From Octopus vulgaris (Eukaryota), in contig OX597815.1 in NCBI GenBank assembly GCA_951406725.2, forward strand, positions 114,390,001-114,454,000: a DNA stretch of 64,000 bases, in the 5' to 3' direction. The notes below the pieces were generated by a model, which was given only the letters and a program-made list of their open reading frames with translations, had not been told where the DNA came from and did not search any database. Below are positions 13,057 through 26,999 of the stretch, one piece after another. The position numbers and the translations under genes were made by a program. Numbering within the stretch: position 1 is the stretch's first letter; each line of letters opens with the position of its first letter.

Positions 13057-13057
<1 letters not shown>
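12922..13057. repeat. 33-bp inverted repeat (2 mismatches), 70-bp spacer, abutting (TA)n
   Basis: gctatttgccaacataatgtgactgtcctggaa (12922-12954) versus ttccaagacagccacattatgttggcaaatagc (13025-13057). Confidence 0.9.
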
Positions 13058-13120
<63 letters not shown>

Positions 13121-13298
13121 ATAAGGTCGTTATTTAAAATGACGATCTTATCAGGTGGCCAGCATGGGGATTAAAATCCTCAAAGGTAATAATTATTATT
13201 AAAATTATAATTTAGGGTAGCTAAGAGATACTACCATGCTAGATATAGCAGCCAAAAACTTGACTCTAAAACCACATTAAATGTTCATACAGCACCAG

Positions 13299-13363
13299 GA
13301 GAGAAGACAAAGAGACAAAATAAACTAGCAAAAAAATTACTGCTAGTTTATTTTGTCTCTTTG

Positions 13364-13372
<9 letters not shown>
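13299..13372. repeat. Perfect 32-bp hairpin with 10-nt loop, abutting (TC)n(TA)n
   Basis: gagagaagacaaagagacaaaataaactagca - aaaaaattac - tgctagtttattttgtctctttgtcttctctc. Confidence 0.92.
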
Positions 13373-13436
<64 letters not shown>

Positions 13437-14397
13437 AGGCAAATAAGAAAATGGAGAGGATAATCAATCGACAAACATCGGCCTGTAAACATTCATTTGG
13501 ATCTATTTATTTTCTACTTGTTAAATTAATTTACATGTGACAAGCCTGATCGACAAAAGATTAATGTTTACATGTAAAACAGATTCAAATTTCGTTGTTG
13601 ATATGTTGTTAATTACAGATAGGAATGCAGTTTTATAGAAATGTTATCATGTATAGGTTCATATAGATGAATTGGAATAATGCTTATGTGCATATACATA
13701 GGTTTGCATAGTATGTGCGCTCATGCAAATGAGTTTGTATTGCCTTTAATCCCATGCAATTGTTTCTGTATAAAAGTGTACTTTCATACTAACGAGCATC
13801 TACAAATATTATTTTATATTCTCCTACGTACTTTTTATGAAAACTAATCAGAGAATTAGTTAATATAGTTTATTATAAAAGTTCTAACTCACAAAACTAT
13901 GACTATGGAAGGCCGTTAATCGTTGTATCTGTTTCAGTGCCTAACTATAACTGCAGCTCAGAACTGTGGTACCTGTTGGTAAATGCCAGAATCTGAGATG
14001 TTGGTAAAAAATATTCTGAACTCATGGTGAAAATGCATCCGTTGCGGTAATAATTACTACATAATTGATCTACTGTTAGTGCTCAACACTTACTGCGGTT
14101 AGCGAATGGCCGTGTTCGCGCTTTTTCACTTCACTTGCATGCGTCACAAATGTCGTCTTCCCTTTATCACGAGAAATTTGCTGCATAGACATCCATCCAT
14201 CCTTACATTATTTCATCTTATTATTATTATCATTCATTGGACTGTGAATGTTCTGGGACGATGCTGCGTTTTGCTGTGATTCCTTTATTTATCTACATCT
14301 GTCGAACCGCTAAGTTACTGCACAAACATAATACCATTTTTTTTAGACCAGTGTAAATGTAAACATAAATGCCACTACATGCATGCTTTCATTCATA

Positions 14398-14437
<40 letters not shown>

Positions 14438-15490
14438 TGTGTGTGTGTGTCTGTGTGTGTCTGTGTCTCTGTTTGTGTGTGTGTGCGTGTGTGTGTTTGT
14501 GTGTAGATTCTACACAATGTCCACAAACTAAATTCTACTCACGAGTTATTAGGCACAAAAACCATGGTAGAACACACTTGCTGAAGGTACTTTGCAATGG
14601 AATTACAGATACCACTGAGTTGCGTAGTTAGCTTCTTAATCACACAACCACACATGCATACATTATATATGGCTAATCAAACATTCCTTGCTATTCCTGC
14701 GAGCTACAACGAAAACTGTATAACAAAAGTAGATTTATGCCGGTGCAAAGGAACAATTACTAAGAGATATGCTACATACAAATGGAACATTTGAGATGTG
14801 GCGAAAATATAAGCCCTTGTTATACAGTGATATATCGGTCATCCAGAATTGATTCAATTTGAGGACAAGCAATGACTAATTATGCATGTAAATATTTTAT
14901 TGTGTATGTGAATGTGTACGTGTATATTTCTCTGTATGTATGTGTGTGTGTGTGTAAATGTGGTGTGTGAATGCAGTGTATGTTGTTACACTACATACAA
15001 TTAGTAACGAAGCTCCAAACACACAGAGCATAATTTGAGAGATCGACCATTGACTAGACCAATTATGGCTCAACGAGACTAATTATTGCAGAAGTAAATA
15101 GTTTATTGGAAAGAACAAAACCAATTTTCGAATGGGAAGGTATACAGTCTATTGGAAAAAAACTAGAACATTTTCCTCGGTGGAGATGTACAGTCAATTA
15201 AAAAAAATACCATTATAAGTTACGTTTCTTTATGTGCTGAGTTCAAATCCCAGCGATTCTCCTTGTGACGATGAAATAAGTCTGGAATTAGTCAATCAAT
15301 TATGTCTTCTTCTACAGTTTGTGTCCCATGATACTAATAAATAACAATCAATAAATAAATGACGGTAGAGAAATGCCAGAAACGGCTGCGTGTCCTTCAG
15401 GTTTATCAAATAAAAACCAAATAACTCTCAATGAACGACACCTAATCCGTGCAAATTTCTGGCCAGTAGAAATGGGAACGAAATAATATC

Positions 15491-15556
<66 letters not shown>

Positions 15557-15560
<4 letters not shown>

Positions 15561-16530
15561 ACAAACAAGAAATCATACCACCTAATAAACAAAGAAGAAG
15601 AAGAAGATGATGAAGAAACAACAAAAGCTATAAAACAAATGAAATCCAAACTAAAAATAGAACAGCAACGAGCCATGATAAAACGATGGCAAGAAAAGAC
15701 CCTTCATAGTAAATACTGCACTAAACTAAACGCAAAAGAAATAGACAAAGAAAAATCCCAGCAATGGTTGAGAAGCTCAGGACTCAAAGCAGAAACAGAG
15801 GGATTTTTAATTGCAGCACAAGACCAAAGCCTCCCCACCAGAAATTACCAAAAACATGTAATGAAAAGAAATATTACAAGTAACTGCAGAATATGTGGAG
15901 ATGGACAAGAAACAATAAATCATATTATCTCTAGCTGCCCAGTCCTGGCTAAGAAGGAATATATTCACAGACATGACAGAGTTGGAACCTACATACATTG
16001 GAAGCTATGCCAACATTATGGAATAACAACAGAAAAAAGATGGTATAGGCACACACCAGAAAAGGTCACAGAAAACGAGAAAGCAACCATACTCTGGGAT
16101 ATGCCGATACACACAGATAGAGAAATTAAGGCCAACAGACCAGATATAGTTGTCAGAGATCATGAAGAAAAAAAATGCGTTCTAATTGATGTATCAATAC
16201 CGGCAGATGACAACGTGTCTCTAAAAGAAATGGAGAAACTCTCAAAATACAAAGACCTGGAAATAGAGGTAACTAGAATGTGTAACCTGAAAACATATTC
16301 AGACAAATACATAACAAAAACACCAGGACTTACAAACACATATAACATACAGAAAATTGCACTACTAGGCACTGCACACATCCTACGCAGAACACTTTCC
16401 ATACAATAACCATCAGAGCATCACAACAAATCACAGCACATACCCAAGGCACACAGAGCTGCGCTCGGTAGTGAAGTGAAAGCACGCTATAAAAATAAAA
16501 CTACTGAATAATAATAACAGTAATAATAAT
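15557..16530 (+). mobile_element. R4/Dong-like non-LTR retrotransposon, 5'-truncated; CCHC zinc finger + restriction-like endonuclease (ORF 15639-16409)
   Basis: CRICGDGQETINHIISSC, RHD, ILWD, NRPDIVV, LIDVSIP, KLSKYKDL (PD-(D/E)xK REL signature). Flanked by (AAC)n(AAT)n upstream and taataataac downstream. Confidence 0.9.
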
Positions 16531-16789
16531 GAGTGACAGGACCTTTTGAGTATGTATCTTACAGTATTTAGATACGTCCCTTTACATGCTGAGCGCTCAC
16601 AACCCCGTCGAAGCAGAATTCATTTTACCTCACTTTGTGGTCGATAAAATACATACACGACCATCATTAAGGGGCTGCACTAGACGGCAATGTCCCCTCA
16701 ATATACAATGGCGCACCTTCAGATTTAGAAAATAGAGTTAACAAAAATCTTCTCGCAATACAAATTAGTGCTCACACAGAATATTCTGA

Positions 16790-17043
16790 GGGATCGCGGG
16801 TTCGAATCTCAGACCGGGCGATGTGTGTGTTGGTGAGCGAAACACCTGGGCTCCACGCGGCTCCGGCAGAAGGTAATGGCGAACTTCTGCTGACTTTTTC
16901 GCCACAACTTTCTCTCACTCTTTCCTCCTGCATCTAGCAGCTCGCTTGCGACGGACCGGCGTCCCGTCCAGGTGGGGAACCTATACGCCAAGGAAACCGT
17001 GAAACCGGCCCTAAGGGCCGGGCGTGACTCGAGAAGGAACAAA
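16790..17043 (+). mobile_element. tRNA-derived SINE, body X + tail Q
   Basis: B box gggttcgaatc; body as at 1647; tail cgtcccgtccaggtggggaacctatacgccaaggaaacc shared with the elements at 38255-38495 and 48200-48455. Confidence 0.8.
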
Positions 17044-17724
17044 CAGAATATTCTGAAGCATCGCCAGACACAAAAAGTCTGGCGACGGGCTTGAATAGAT
17101 GCCAGAAATTCAATCACAAATATTCTTTCCTGCCACATTTGTGGGCTTGTGTCACATATCTTGTTGTTACACGCATATACACACATATACACGTACACAC
17201 GTACACACACACACACACACACACACACGAGTAGATTTAGATTCCCAGTAACACATATTTCTCTTTAGTTAAGTTATTAATGTTCTTGAGCAAAGCATGA
17301 AAAGCGAATATTCTTCTTCCTTGTAAATTCGAGGAATACTGTAGTATTATTCATAACATTTATTTATTGCTGGTGATGTGAATATAATATAACACAGCAC
17401 ACTTCTGGTTAAATAACAAACAAGCATTATACTAGGTTGTGTTCCTGCCCACGATACTTAACTTTATTTTGCCAAAACCTTCGTATCTAATTAGGAAAAT
17501 GCTAATAATCGTTAATAATCCGTGTTTTTGTAATCAGAGAATGTTGGTGACATGAATCAGTAATGCTGCAAAACATTTTATTGGGTTAATAGCTGAAACA
17601 TTAAATCTCTCCACAAACTACTCTGTTTGTATCTTCAGATAAATATCTACTGCAAACCGTGACTCAAATTTACGAGTCATACAGTTTAATGCTTCAGTTT
17701 ATTACGTCTTTAATGCTAACGTTG

Positions 17725-17915
17725 TTATTGTTTAGCTCGAGGTTGGTTATTGTCGAGCAAACCTGTGATCACAAGCATTCCAGCCGTGACTGTCTAATCT
17801 GTTTCAGAAAAAGTGCATGCAGGACTAATACATTTATCGAATATTTTTCTTTTTCTGTTTTTTTTTTTGTCGGTTTTGATTTAAGAGAAATTTGGCTGCA
17901 ATTTTTAACACCTTA
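17725..17915. repeat. Old dispersed repeat family E (SINE-like)
   Basis: Motifs gagcaaacctgtgatcacaagcattccagccgtgac and gatttaagagaaatttggctgc recur near 5720-5910, 9090-9250, 20200-20390, 28910-29710 and, reversed, near 22330-22490, 23380-23530 and 44310-44530. Confidence 0.65.
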
Positions 17916-20900
17916 GTTTGTATATAATATAAAATGTGCATTGGGTCAGCTTCCGTCTGTCAGTTTTACTAAAACAATACGGATCAACTTGAATCTATGC
18001 AGTTATAATGCAGTGGAGATTATGGGCTATGAACCACAGTTACTCAGCTGTTCTTCCTGTACTCTATCGAATTATCCATAAGGTGCCGACAAGACAGATA
18101 AGTGAAATGATAGGATCATTATCAAAATATGGAGAAGTTGTAGTGATACAAAGAATGAAATGTCTATAGAACTTTCTGCAAAGTGTACAAAGGAATAGGT
18201 TTCCAGAAAGCATTCATTTTTTATTACGTGACCTTAACATTAAAGAGTTATACTAGGTTAATGTTACCTATTTTACTGCAAGGGCGTATACATTTGGACT
18301 AGACGAGCGCCGCACATTTACCAAAAATGGAAAATTTGTGTTTTAATAATTCTCTTTTTGCAATATAATATAATCTGGTCGTAATTTACTTTCAAATTTA
18401 ATATTGCACACTAAGAAACAACGATTAAGTCAGGCTGAAGTCGTATTCTATATACAGAAATAGTTTAAAGTTTATTTTTGAATTATGTTCATGCCAGAGT
18501 AGTAGGTTGAGCATGGCAACACACCCTGTAGCGTCAATCATATGTTACTGATTTACAGCTAGATAGACTGGGCCGTAAATGTTAGGTATCTCGACCAAGT
18601 GTGCAGCGTACTGTCGGAGACCGGACACCGACACCACACCCAGTCGTCTGGAAATGAGATTCTTGGCAGCTCTCTGATACAACACACTGTGAACTAAACT
18701 GTTGCATATAATCGAGGCATTCATACAAACTAGTGTTGATTGTTTTCTTATGGCGACCTCCTGTTAAACAATACCAACAAAACATTACTTTAATATCATT
18801 AAGCGCTATTGTATTTTTTAAATATTTATGAGCTGTGGGTGTTTTAGAAAAAATAAATAAATAAATAACTGGCGGCTTGTATTTATCTTTTGTTTTGTTT
18901 TGCAGTTTAGAGACCAACTATTTTTTGTATTTGTGAATGTTGGAAAATATTCTACTTTTAGTTTCAAATATAGTCAATAGTATGTAAAAGTCTGGTGCTT
19001 ACGCTACAAACAAGAGCTATGGAATAAAATCATATTTATGACACTCAAATTTTGAATGACGTACGACACTTAACATACTCATGTTTATGTTTTGACAATC
19101 TAATTTTACGGTTGATAGGCGTCCGATTTGGAAAAGAAGTCAAATTAATAACTGAAGGGTCCACAGTCTGAGTTGTTTTACGGATGCTGCTCTATATCAA
19201 TAGCCAATCACTTAACTCTTAAAAGTCCAGTCCACTGACCTGTAAATATCACAGTCATAGAGTTCGTCCCACTGAGCAATGTTAACATAAAATTAGTGTG
19301 TTTCATTCGGTCAGCCCTTCCAGTATGCATAGTTTGGAAAGGATTGAATGTTACCAAAAGGATTAGCTACCCAATATGAAAACAAAATCTTCAGTGGTAC
19401 CTCTACTATGAAAGAGATCTATTTCCACCCAATAAATATTTCATATTAACTGTATTTATTGGAATTATTTGTTAATCCTAATAGATAGATCTCATTGCTA
19501 TAAAGGAAAAGGTGACTATATAATTGACTAGTATTCACCTCGAACTACTGGTTTCAAACCCTGTTCATAAATTAATTAATACGAGGTGGATTATGTAGCA
19601 TGAATTGCACTCTGCATGAAGTCGAGGTCTTCAAAATTACCCATAGTGATCCAGCAAGATATGGAACTCGTCATTCAAAATCTACTGGATGAAAATAAAA
19701 TTAGCTTGATGTAAAAAGTAGCATAAAGAATTTCGATTTAAAACCATTTTCAGTCCCAATCCCGCGTTATCAAACCAATAAAATTCAATTGGCCTGTGGA
19801 GAGGATTTCATCTAAGCAATTTTGTGATAATTAGGAAAGAGGAGATTGTTTACTAAAGAGGAAATCGCTATGAAACGATGTTTTCACTATGAGCCAATTA
19901 GGTTAATATTTCTGCATTGATTTAAAAACAAAACATATTTGTTGAAATATTAGCAAAGAAAACTAAAAACAAAACACTAGACTGCTGGACAAAAGCTGTA
20001 CTGTATTGAGTTATATCCCTGTGTCTTCATTCTATTGTTATCATAAAATCTTAATAAAGTAGACCTTGCTTTTAATGTTCTACCGAGAATATCAGAATAA
20101 GTAGCAGTCATATATTATGCCTCTATCTTACAGAAATTTGCTTTGTGATGATTTAAAATTAATCAATATTTCTTCGTTCAGTTAGAGATACACGAATATC
20201 ACTACAGTCAGGGCAGACCTCGATCAATAGCGTTCCATTCATAACCACACCGCTTTTTCTTAGAGTTTATGTAGGACTACATTAATGCACGCATCTTCTT
20301 ATTGAAAAAATGGCAAGAATGTGATCTGAATGAGATTTGGCTCCTATTTTTAGCGGGGCAAGCGACCATGTCAGAAACTTTTTCATTGACTCTTGCTCAA
20401 AATAAGAGGCAATGGATTCTGGTGAGTCGCTACTCTATTTCGATTTACAGTAACGTAAACTCTAACACTGTTAATACATTTAAGAACAGCATAAACGTCA
20501 CGACATGAAATTTTCTTCCCTTTCTCGAAAATCTAGAGCTTTTGTGTGAAATTGCTTTATTTTTCCTTCTTCAAAATATTTTGTCCTCGTTTGTTTCTGA
20601 GAAATGTTCACAACACGCAGTATCTAAATTTAATCTTTATTTTTTTTTCTATAGACTAATATCTAACTTAGTGAATCGCATCGAATATCTTGGAGACGTT
20701 TTATTAAGAAATATTTTAATTGCATTCATTTTAGCTGAAAATTAAATCGAAGTTAACTAAAAGAAAATATCAATTATTTACAGAGTTGCTCAAAGTTGTT
20801 TGTTTCTTTAGAGTAGGATCGGTTTCAATGACGCCATACAGACGATAAAAAGAACTTTGGTTTTCTTTTTAAAAGAAATAATTAGGAAAATAATGAAAAG

Positions 20901-21804
20901 AGCAAAACAATCATCTGTCTAACACATTTAAAAAAAATTTTGTTATCTTTTTTTATTATTATTGGAATTTCTCTTCAAATTGCAATTACATGAGCTGAAA
21001 GTCCAAGTCTTTGTTAAAATAATGAAAATGAAGAGAGAGAGAGAGTGAGAGAGACAGAGGGATGCTCACCTAACCCATTGGTTTGGGCGCCAGACTGCAG
21101 AAGAGAAAGAAGTGAGTTCAACATCATAGCTGCAATATAACATCATTCTTGCATCCATATGTCTTATATTTATGGCGAAATGGAGCCGAAGTGATTACAT
21201 AATTACACATTTGAATCTACGACTGATGTTCCTTTCTTTTTTTTATCAAAGATGGTTGCGGTGATGATGATGGGGAAGTAGACTGAAACATTAGTAATGA
21301 CGCCTGTTGAAGTTTATTGACTTAACTTTCGTTCATTAATGAAGTCAATAGAAGGTCACTAATTGAAAAAAAGATCGTCAGAAGTGAGAAGAGAAAAGAT
21401 TAAAGATTATTTCCTAATGAGAATATGGATTATTCGGTTGGTTATTGATCCTCTTGATCTGTTCTTCTATTTGTTACAATTCTTTACAATGATATGCTGA
21501 CAAGTGTTATGATGAAGTTAGGCGATAGTTTTGCTGTAGGATAGATGAAACAGGTGGGATACTTATCCACTGCTTCTACGTTTCAATATTTTAATTATCT
21601 ATCATTGTACGTCAGGTGATACTGAATAACAAAAGAAGGCATCAATGCCATGACACACAATGACAATCACACAGCTAAAACTCTAATTAGCTGATTTATG
21701 AAACAGTTTAAGATTGGATGTCGAACTGAAGTTTCCTCTAATAAACATGTCATTACACTTTTAAATGGTTTTACACGAGTATTTCAATAGGTGTTAGCAA
21801 GCAA

Positions 21805-22175
21805 GTCACAGTCATTAGACTGCGCCCATGTTGGGGCACCGCCTTGAGGAATGTTTGTTGAATGAATAGCCCCTGGTATTCTTTTGTTTTTTTAACTCTG
21901 GTAATTATTCTGTCGGGCCCTTTTGCCGAACCGCTATGTTACGGGAACGTAAACATATCGGTTGTAATGCGGTGGTGCTGACACACACACACACACACAC
22001 ACACACATGTGCGATGGGGTTCTTTCCGTTTCCGTCTACCAAATCCAATCACAAAGCTATAGTCAGCCCGAGGCTATAGTAGAAAACACTTGCCCAAGGT
22101 GTCACGCAGTGGAACTGAACCCGGAACCATGTGGTAGGGAAGCAAACTTCTTGCCACACTGCCACTCCTGCGCCT
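21805..22175 (-). mobile_element. SINE family A, near full length
   Basis: cagtcattagactgcgcccatgttggggcaccgcc ... gccactcctgcgcct; central (CA)n. Confidence 0.88.
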
Positions 22176-23849
22176 ATACACGTGTGTCTGTATGTAGTTC
22201 AACATCTACTGGAACAACGTCAACTAATGTTGTAGAGTTAAAAATCATAAAAAAGCAAGAGCATCACATGACATCATACCCTACCCCAATCATTTTCGAA
22301 GCAACAAAGCAGTACAGAAGACAATTCTCTCTCAAATCCCATCGTAAAATCTTTTAAAATAGTAAGACATCATTGACATCATAGTCTTAGCTACCCCTAA
22401 TAAAGAGTTAGTCACATCTGAAATTCCTTTATTTCCTTTATTCATAGGTCTGGGTGATCAAGGTTGCTCTGAAACCCAAACAACAACTCCATTTTCTCCA
22501 TTTACAGTAGATGCAACTTTCTTTCTATGAAATATATCAGCAATTCGTGTAATATATCAACAAACGCTGTAAAGGAGGGCTTTTAACGCCTGATGATTTG
22601 AGTCAGTGGACATGGTTTCGATTCCAGGTTGAAGAGATAATTTCAATAATGATTTTCTCAAGTGCATATGCATTGATGTCTGGTTAAGAAGTTCTCTTCC
22701 AAATTACGTGGTTCCGCGTACGAATCCAAAGTACGGCACTTTGAGTCAACATTTCCTATCCAAACTAATGGTATGATGCGATTTTAGAGAATGGAGTTGA
22801 TGAAGATATAAGTATGCAAGACATTCTTTGGTCCCAACATTAGTCTGTCATTCAAGGATAGTTTTTTTCTGTTTTTAACTCACGGAACATAATCAAATCT
22901 TTCCTATTAGCCAACAAGGGAATTTCTATAAGGACGCTCGACTTGCTAAAATTAGAAACCAATTAGGCTGCATTAGAGCAAGGGTCAAATTAACTTGTGG
23001 TATTTGCTTTGGCCTTCTTGCGCTCCGAGTTCAAATCCAACCCTGGTCAGCTTCATCTTTCATCCTTTCAGAATCGTTCAAAGTTCAAATCTATGGCCTA
23101 GGATTGGTGATATTAGAGGGCCGGGCATGATATTTTGTGGTATTTGTTCTGGATTTTTGTGATAGAAGCTTTTGGGCGGTAAAACCGTCACATTGTTGAA
23201 TTACAGTCCGGTTTAACACCACCACCTGATTCTTGGTTGCCTTTATCGGAGTTCACGTTGTTGGAAACATTCATGTTGGGTCTTAGTTTTCAGATAACTT
23301 AATCACTTCCTCTAATAATTTTAAAAGACCTTGAAAAAATTGGGTCATGGACGCTGCCCTTTCCTCCCTGAATAGATGGTAAAACAATATGTCAGTTAAA
23401 AAGGAAACACTAAGTAATAGATACATCGGATGATGTTCTCGTAGATACATTGCCTATAAAAAAAGACGGGATGGTCACGGCTTTAATGTCTTTGATTTGA
23501 AGTATGATGAGAGAACTAAGAGCTCACAACAACTTTTCAGAGTGTGGTTAGAATTGCAGAAATTTACATTTTAAGCTCCCATGCTACATGGAAAAAAATA
23601 TCTTCTGCCACATTACCCTTGAGATAAAATTTTGTCATTTATTTTGATTTTTGTATGCTTTTCAATGTAATCTCTGCCTTACTCTGTGACACAGCTTCTT
23701 GTTTTTATCATAATATTCCATTTTTAGAATCAAACCGACCGACTAACTGCTCTTTCGAACCACAAATCTCAAAGAGATTAAATACACACGTCTATTGTAT
23801 GCATACCTGTTTATATACACACGCACATGCAGGCATACACACACACGTC

Positions 23850-24300
23850 ACTATGGAGGCCAATGAAAACTCTACAAGCTCAACAGCAAGCCGGAAATTA
23901 ACAGTTTCGCTTAATAATAGACGCAGTGTTAGTCTCTTCATGATGTTTTTTGCTCTCGCGTTTACTGTTGAGATCTTCAGTTTGTGCAGTGTCAAATATT
24001 GGTCTCCATCTCCTTTTAGATTGGTTAATTACGAACAGTTCCCACTCATACATATTAATACCACACCTTTTCTTTTCAAATTTCCTGCCCGTATGACTTT
24101 GAACCACTCCTTTCGTAGAACAGTTACTGGAGCAAACTATCGTCCAGTATTCGCAAAACATGAACATTCAAACGAAGCTGATATTACACTATCGTGGTTT
24201 CAATATAGGAGATATTGGCATGCTGACAATCTTCTGTCTGTTGAGCTGGATGTGCATAATTTTTCTCAAACATCTCTACTTTAGAGAGATGTCGCTAATA
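23850..24300 (-). mobile_element. RTE-clade LINE remnant
   Basis: Minus strand reads YQLRLNVHVLRILDDSLLQ*LFYE, resembling the RTE C-terminal QLRWxGHVxRMxDxRLPKxLFY motif. Confidence 0.5.
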
Positions 24301-24479
24301 ACTTGCCTAGGTTTCTGAGTCGTATAAAAGAGTGGTTATAACAACTTATAGACCCCAATTTTGGTAGTTTGAATCAGATAATGACATTCATATACTCGTC
24401 TACTTGAGTAACCAAAGGTTGCACTGATTACTGTTATTTAAAATAGCAACTCAATTGGCACCTAAGCAACTTCGCAGTA

Positions 24480-26270
24480 GAAATGATGTTAACAGAAAAT
24501 CAACATTGAATCTCTTATAGTCCCAGCAAATACACGGAAAATATACACAATGTCTAGAGAATAAACTGTCATCCATCAACTTGAAACACTGCGGTACTGT
24601 TCAAAGCAGCGGTACACATTAAATATAGTCAAGTTTACTCTGTGAGAAATCTTCAGGATTCACGGCAACAGCACACCAAAACTGGTTTTGGTGAGTCTCA
24701 CACCCAAATCAAGCAAATGATCGGCAAAAGAAGAATGGCTTTTCATGCCTACAAAAACGACAAAGATAATAATCACAAAAGGAAAGCTTTCCAGCGAACA
24801 GAGTCTGCAGTCCAGAAACAAAACCGTGAAACGAAAATCAATTGGTGACATGCTGGAACACTTGAAATTTAGAAATTATTTCACACATATATTTGAGGTT
24901 TCTTCAGGGCATCTAAAGTAGTCCATGGGGTTTGCACAACAGACGACACTTCTCAGGTGTAGAGACGATGGGATACTTATAAAAAAGCGATTGCTAACGG
25001 GAAAAACCTTTCGAATAATTATAATTGTGTAATTGTCACTGTGCCGCCAACGAAAGATCTCTAGACAACAATACACAAATGTTAATGATGAACGATTTAC
25101 CTTCTTCATCTTAGGTTTCTAAAAAACAAACAAAATCAGATCCAATAGATTCTAGTAGAGATATTTAAGCTTGGGAATGAAACACTAACACGCACCGTGC
25201 ACTGCTTTTGATAAACTGAACAAGAAAGGAAAATTCAGCTGATATAGGAAACGGCTATTATTACAATCTTGAAGAGAGGAAACTAAATCAGATTGTGGCA
25301 ACTACAGAGTATTCTCATTTTTGTAAACAACTGGAAAAATTTCTGGCTTGAATTCTGCTCAAGTGATATATCGTACATTTGGCGACTCACACACATGATT
25401 ATCCATCTAGGTTTCAACCTTCCAGGAACACTATTGTTATTATTTTCTGTGCTCACCAGAAGGAAAAATTCCGGAAACAAAAAAAAAAACGAATCAATAT
25501 TCGACGTCATGAATATTAGAGAATGCAAGCTAAACTTTGCTGGCGCAAAAATACCTCAAAATTACGCAGCTGGTGCTTCATATTTAAACTTAAGTGTGGT
25601 GCACTCTTCTGTAACTGGTCGGTTTGAAGCGAGGAATAGAGTAAACAGAAGGTTTCCCTACGCAGTTTTCTATCTTCTTCTCTACTATGTTCGAGTTTAC
25701 TGTCAACAAATTCTTAACAAGTAACCAGATTTCATATCGCGCACATGGCAAGCTATTTAACTCTGGAAGAATGCATGCCAGAACTAAGATAACGAGCACA
25801 TGTAGTAATTAAACTTCAGTATGAAAATGATGCTATAGTGAATGAAAACTTCAACACAACTACAGAAAATTATCGACAGTTTCAGAGACGCATATGAAAA
25901 TATTGGTCTAAGTTTCAACACAAATAAAGGTCTTGCATTGATTACCAATCCAAAAATGCAAGAACCTGGCCTGTTATTTCGGGACAGAGAGTAGAAAATG
26001 AAGATTACTTCGAATATCTGGGTAGTCGCATTTTGTATACAAACATATATACACACATATATCAGAGTGGTCGCAGCTGCAACATGTGTTAATAGACAAC
26101 AGCTCTAATAGAGCTAACATGTGGCTAACAATAACAACTGAACGATCCTCTTTACTATCAATGGAACTGTTAAAAGTAGCACAGTTAGAAATAGTAGTCA
26201 AAAGCTTGATTAAATGAGACTCTACATCATTCAAAAAGAAGGTTGCATAAAAAACTTCATACAGCTTGAT
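24480..26270 (+). mobile_element. RTE-clade LINE, long and highly decayed
   Basis: HQNWFGESHTQIKQMI (HQDWFDEN-like), AIITILK..SDCGNYR, LQKIIDSFRDAYENIGLSFNTNK; many stops and frameshifts. Confidence 0.75.
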
Positions 26271-26321
26271 ATCGTGGATTTCTCCCCGCCGATATCCGAA
26301 CACACACAGACACACATACAG

Positions 26322-26384
<63 letters not shown>

Positions 26385-26747
26385 CTCTCTCTCTCACTCA
26401 CACACACACACACACATTAGTTCATACATGAGATCCAAATATTCTCCGTATAGAATACATTTAACAGTGCTCAAGAGATTTAAATTTGAGCGGGTATAGA
26501 AGTAAATGTAAGGATAAGCGAATTATAACAGATCAATATATAATGTGTATTAAATACATGAAATACAAAAAATGTATTTATGCATACATATAAAAAGGTT
26601 CAACATACACAGATTAGAAATGATATAAAGAATTAAAGGGGTGGAGGTAAAAGTATTACAAATCTAACAGCTGTTTGTGGGTGTTTGGCAGTCCATAATA
26701 ATGTTTGTACATTGATTCTATCATAGAATGGGACGAACCTCCGTCTT

Positions 26748-26800
26748 CAGGGAAGAGATCTTAGATTTGAGATGTTGAAGGAGAGAAGTTCAAAGATCGA

Positions 26801-26863
<63 letters not shown>

Positions 26864-26880
26864 CAGAGAGAGAGACAGAG

Positions 26881-26949
<69 letters not shown>

Positions 26950-26999
26950 CTCCATCTTTGAACTTCTCTCCTTCAACATCTCAAACGTAAGATCTCTTC

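Noticed and set aside
15639-16409. Stand-alone host nuclease or Fanzor/TnpB-like gene
   Set aside because: Motifs are CCHC plus PD-(D/E)xK of REL retrotransposons, not RuvC; the 5' truncation and (TAA)n tail fit a retro-insertion.
18536-18917. Minus-strand segment open in two frames after an AG, resembling a terminal exon
   Set aside because: The plus strand (gatttacagctagatagactgg...gtatctcgaccaag) resembles a decayed reverse CORE-type SINE; no matching upstream exon or protein motif found.
23655-24284. 209-aa plus-strand ORF
   Set aside because: No recognisable domain, includes microsatellite-like sequence, and overlaps an RTE remnant on the opposite strand.
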